Below, piece by piece: positions 60,522 through 64,000 of a stretch of DNA of 64,000 nt (position 1 is the stretch's first letter; the number at the start of each line of letters is the position of its first letter). Position numbers and translations under genes: made by a program. The notes under the pieces were generated by a model that saw only the letters and a list, made by a program, of their open reading frames with translations, was not told where the DNA came from and ran no database searches. Source of the stretch: Ramazzottius varieornatus (taxonomy: Eukaryota > Animalia > Tardigrada); contig BDGG01000009.1 of NCBI GenBank assembly GCA_001949185.1, forward strand, positions 361,624-425,623, read 5' to 3'.

Positions 60522-63418
60522 CTACACTCTTTTCTGATGTTTCTTCCCCGTTTTCTTGGCTGGTTTGGGTGGAGCGTGTGGATCGATGAGGCGGCCTGAG
60601 CGGTTCTTCACATCGACGGAGTCGTAGAACGTCACACCGGTTTTCTTGAGCCGTTGACGTCGTTCCACCTTTCGCTTCTGCTTGCCTGTCAGCGTCCGTT
60701 CAGCTTTCTGCTGCTCGTCCTTCTCGAACCACCTCTTCTTGGCCGTGGCCACATCGTCCACATCGGGATCAGCAACATCCACCTCTTCTTTCTCTTCTCT
60801 TACCTGCACGCCGTTCTCCAGACTCGTTGAAGGCTCATTGTCTAACGTTGCTTCGTTCTCCTCCACCACCACTTCTTCGGCTGTCAGTTCCTCCTCAACC
60901 ACTTCTTCTTCCTCCTCTTTCTCTTCTTCCTCACCCACTTGGCCTATCTTCTCATCAGCGGCGTCAAACTGGTTGGTGTGCTTCAAATCTTTGAAACTTT
61001 GCTTGATCTCTACCGTCGCCTTCTTTTCGACGGATTCTCCTGCAAACAAAGCCAATCGGCGTTCAGAGATGAATTATTCAGTGCTATCAAACGGAGAACG
61101 CGACAAGCTCGACAAGATCGTTCTCGACAAGTGGTGCATATTTCCCGTCAACAATACTGCAAAAGTGAGCCACTTGGGAAAACAATCCTGTCGACTTTTT
61201 CGAGGTGCGCACAATTACGACGTCACTGGCCGGATGCGTGCGCCACTTGACACAAGAACCTTTTCGAGATCGTTTGCTAAACTCCCTATTACCGAAACAT
61301 ACCTTGGCTGGTGCTGAGCTGCTGGGTTTCCGGTGGCTTGACAAAGTAAGGTATCTTTCCGCGTTGGAAGTCATTCAAAATCATCTTGGCCACCGTTTGC
61401 AAGTCGGCTTCGCCTTTCTTGAAGAGTCGACCCGCCTTGCGGGCAATCTGCTCCAAGAAGTGCTCCGAGTCGGTCCACTCTTCCACTCCGTACGTCTTCT
61501 TGATATAGTCCAGCTTGACTCGTTCCAGCAAGGCGGGAATATAATCCATGGCCGACTTGAGGTGCTCCACGCGGATGATGCCTTTCAAGACCGTATCTTC
61601 GTCCGTGTTGCCCGTTGGATAGACGACACCTGGACAGTCGATCAGGTAGATGCGATTCATCAGCGTAATGTACTGCCAAACCTGCAATTCAATCACGGGC
61701 ATGATAAATTGATACGACGATAGTTCTCGGTGAGATCTGACTGCGCCGCAGTCGTGGGGACTTATTGGAAGCTGGGCGACAAAACGTACGAAATCGTCAC
61801 ATCAAGTAGCGCACATATCTATTGTTAGTGACTGAACAGGTGCGCCACTCTTGCACGTGTCAACAGCTTCCAACTTAGTAGAAGATGGTTTGATTTTCGC
61901 CCATTTTCACGAAATAACTACTGAAGTCGCGCTCGGTACAAACCTCTGTTGAGTGTTGATCTATGCCGAGCACGGCCCGGACAGACAACCCGTAGACAAG
62001 TGGTCAAATAAGTCTTCGCGACTCTTCTGATACTCCGCTTACCTTGGTTTCACCAGGAATCGGTGCGACCTTGACCACTTTCTTGGCTTTGAGCGTGTTG
62101 ATGATGGAGCTTTTGCCGACGTTGGGGTAGCCGATCAGCCCGACCGATATCTGCTTCTTGTCGATGTGCAGCTTTGCGAACTGCCGCAAAATGTTGATCA
62201 GAGGCCCCTTGCCAAAGGAGTTGGTGATAGATGCGTGGAAGGCAAGGGTGGGATACTCCTGACTAAGAATGGCCACCCATTTCTTCGTCACCCACGTCGG
62301 TACTAAATCGCACTTGTTCAGGATGAAGATTAAGTGCTTGAAGGGCTTTTCTTCCTTCAGAAACTTTTCAATGGTCGGACTGCGCGTCCCCATTGGATCA
62401 CGAGCGTCCAAGACTTGTAAAAGCACGTCGGACGAATCCACCACCTGAAAAAAACCCAAACATTTACAGATAACCACACCGGGAGGTTACTTTAATTAAA
62501 CGGCGTACCTTGTACAACTCGTTCCAGATTCTCTTTGACTGTCCCGCAAACATGATCCATTCCTTAGCCTCATCACGCTCCCCGCCGTCATCCACCACCA
62601 AGTCTCGATCTTTCTCCACATCGTAACTGTCTGTCGTTGTTGAGGCATGCGAAACGAAGTCCTAAAGAGAAACGACCACCACTGTACGAATATACAAACC
62701 GGCAGACCTACTTCCTTCGCGACTTGGCCGACGGCCCAAAGGTGACATGCGACACAGAGCACGCCAAGGCTCGCCATCAGCGTCAGATTCTGGAACATCG
62801 CTTGATTATTGATTACCTTCAAATCGTCAAACTTGACATTGGGCTTCTTCCGCTGCGCTTTCGGTCCAAACGTTGTCTCGAACTTTTCCACGTCCAGCAA
62901 ATGGGCACGCTGGTATTTTGCTCGTTCATTCAGTAATGTGACAGGCAATTTAGTGGGTCGCATCACGACGCGGTAGGGGTCTTTTACAGCTTTGCCTGTA
63001 ACACACAGAAGTACAAAAGGGATAATTTGCCCGTCTTCCTCGCAAACTGTCCTTCCACTAAGCAAGAAGCATGGTTCGAAACTTTGTGCTAACGTCCGAG
63101 GAACAAACCTAGCTCGTCTTGGAAAGTCTGGAGTGCGCTCTGGCCGACCACACGCGTGTTTCCAAACCATTTCCGGTTGGGCTCAACTCGACTCTGAGTA
63201 CCACTTTTGTGCCAGCTCTGGAACGGTGCTGGCTTGACAATGATTCCCTTAGCGTTGCGCTGAGGCTTGGAGTTTTTGTACATCAATAGCCGCTTGATGG
63301 TAGCACGATCCCGCTGCCCAGCATGTTCACGAGGACGATCGGGATTGAGACTGTGGCCACCCATCTGGAAGCCTTCTTTCCTCGTCGTTCTGATATCGCG
63401 CTGACTCTTTCGACCCAT
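60522..63418 (-). CDS. GNL2: Nucleolar GTP-binding protein 2 (Nog2/NGP-1), multi-exon
   Basis: [80 protein letters not shown]. Confidence 0.97.
61100..61286. repeat. Family A palindrome x2 (GNL2 intron)
   Basis: Arms 61128/61165 and 61201/61238, 25-nt spacers. Confidence 0.88.
61795..62008. repeat. Family A plus Family B (GNL2 intron)
   Basis: A arms 61803/61840 (25 nt); B 61894-62008 with two degenerate cores. Confidence 0.82.
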
Positions 63419-63562
63419 CTTCTCGCAGCGTCCTGGCTTACTTAATGATTGTGAACCTTCAAATCCACGCCCTCGAGCGATCCACTGAACCTGAAAGCGG
63501 AAGATATCAGGACAGTCGCGCGCGGAAGAGAATCGTGGAGAACTTTGCCGAAGAAAATAAAA

Positions 63563-63747
63563 TATACAGATTGCGAGCTAAAGCGCACTAGCACAATTTC
63601 GATACGCACAGGAACATCGTGACATCATATGAACAAGTTGGTCTCGTGGCTCTGTGTTAAAAGAGTCGCACAGTTTTTACATATGACGTCACGATGTTCC
63701 TGTGCGTATCGAATTGCGCTAGTGCGGATTACTTCGCAATCTGTATA
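63563..63747. mobile_element. Tc1/mariner-type MITE (TA|CAG...CTG|TA, ~65-bp TIRs) upstream of GNL2
   Basis: TATACAGATTGCGA..TCGATACGCACAGGAACATCGTGACATCATATG / CATATGACGTCACGATGTTCCTGTGCGTATCGA..TCGCAATCTGTATA. Confidence 0.88.
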
Positions 63748-64000
63748 ATAATTAAAATCTGACAAACGTGCGGTGTGCGCACTGTGCAAAAGCAGCAGAA
63801 GCTGCAGAACAACAGCGTGTACTATGCAGCAGGGGAGCCACACAAGTTGTGACTCATCTCCTACCTGTCCTGCTGTTGAGAGAGGATGGCCGCGAGTCTC
63901 GTTTGAGTCACCGCCCACCTGCGCGAGTTCCTTGGAGAACTGGATTTATCTTGCAGCAGGGTGGGGTTATAGTGGTCTATCTTCAGGCCTTTGCCAGTTT

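Overview
This is eukaryotic DNA from a compact, gene-dense animal genome with GT-AG introns, many only 55-100 bp. An invertebrate such as a tardigrade is plausible, but that is inference. Genes in order: a MAM-domain/Thr-Glu mucin gene running off the left edge, a small Gly/Met-rich orphan, a pogo/Fot1-like DNA transposon, CWF19L1, a pair of short paralogous ORFs, a mucin-EGF-LDLa secreted protein, MOSMO, mitochondrial aconitase, decayed hAT transposase fragments, a peritrophin-like chitin-binding protein, CCT1/TCP1, MOB1, a PAN/apple protein, MYBBP1A, tyrosylprotein sulfotransferase, an RGG-tailed orphan, a GT11 fucosyltransferase, a disrupted GT32 glycosyltransferase and GNL2. The most striking unexplained structure is a dispersed, intron-resident palindrome system. 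Family A (37 units counted by eye) is a 12-bp inverted half-site pair, CAAGTGGCGCAC-N25-GTGCGCCACTTG. Its spacer sequence is heavily diverged, yet it is exactly 25 nt in 30 of 37 units, and units often stack 2-3 times at a 73-85 bp period. Family B (11 copies) is an unrelated ~85-bp nested fold-back that frequently sits next to A. One or both occupy most introns over ~200 bp between 12 and 62 kb, and I saw neither in the TE-rich intergenic stretches. All exon boundaries and counts are manual.
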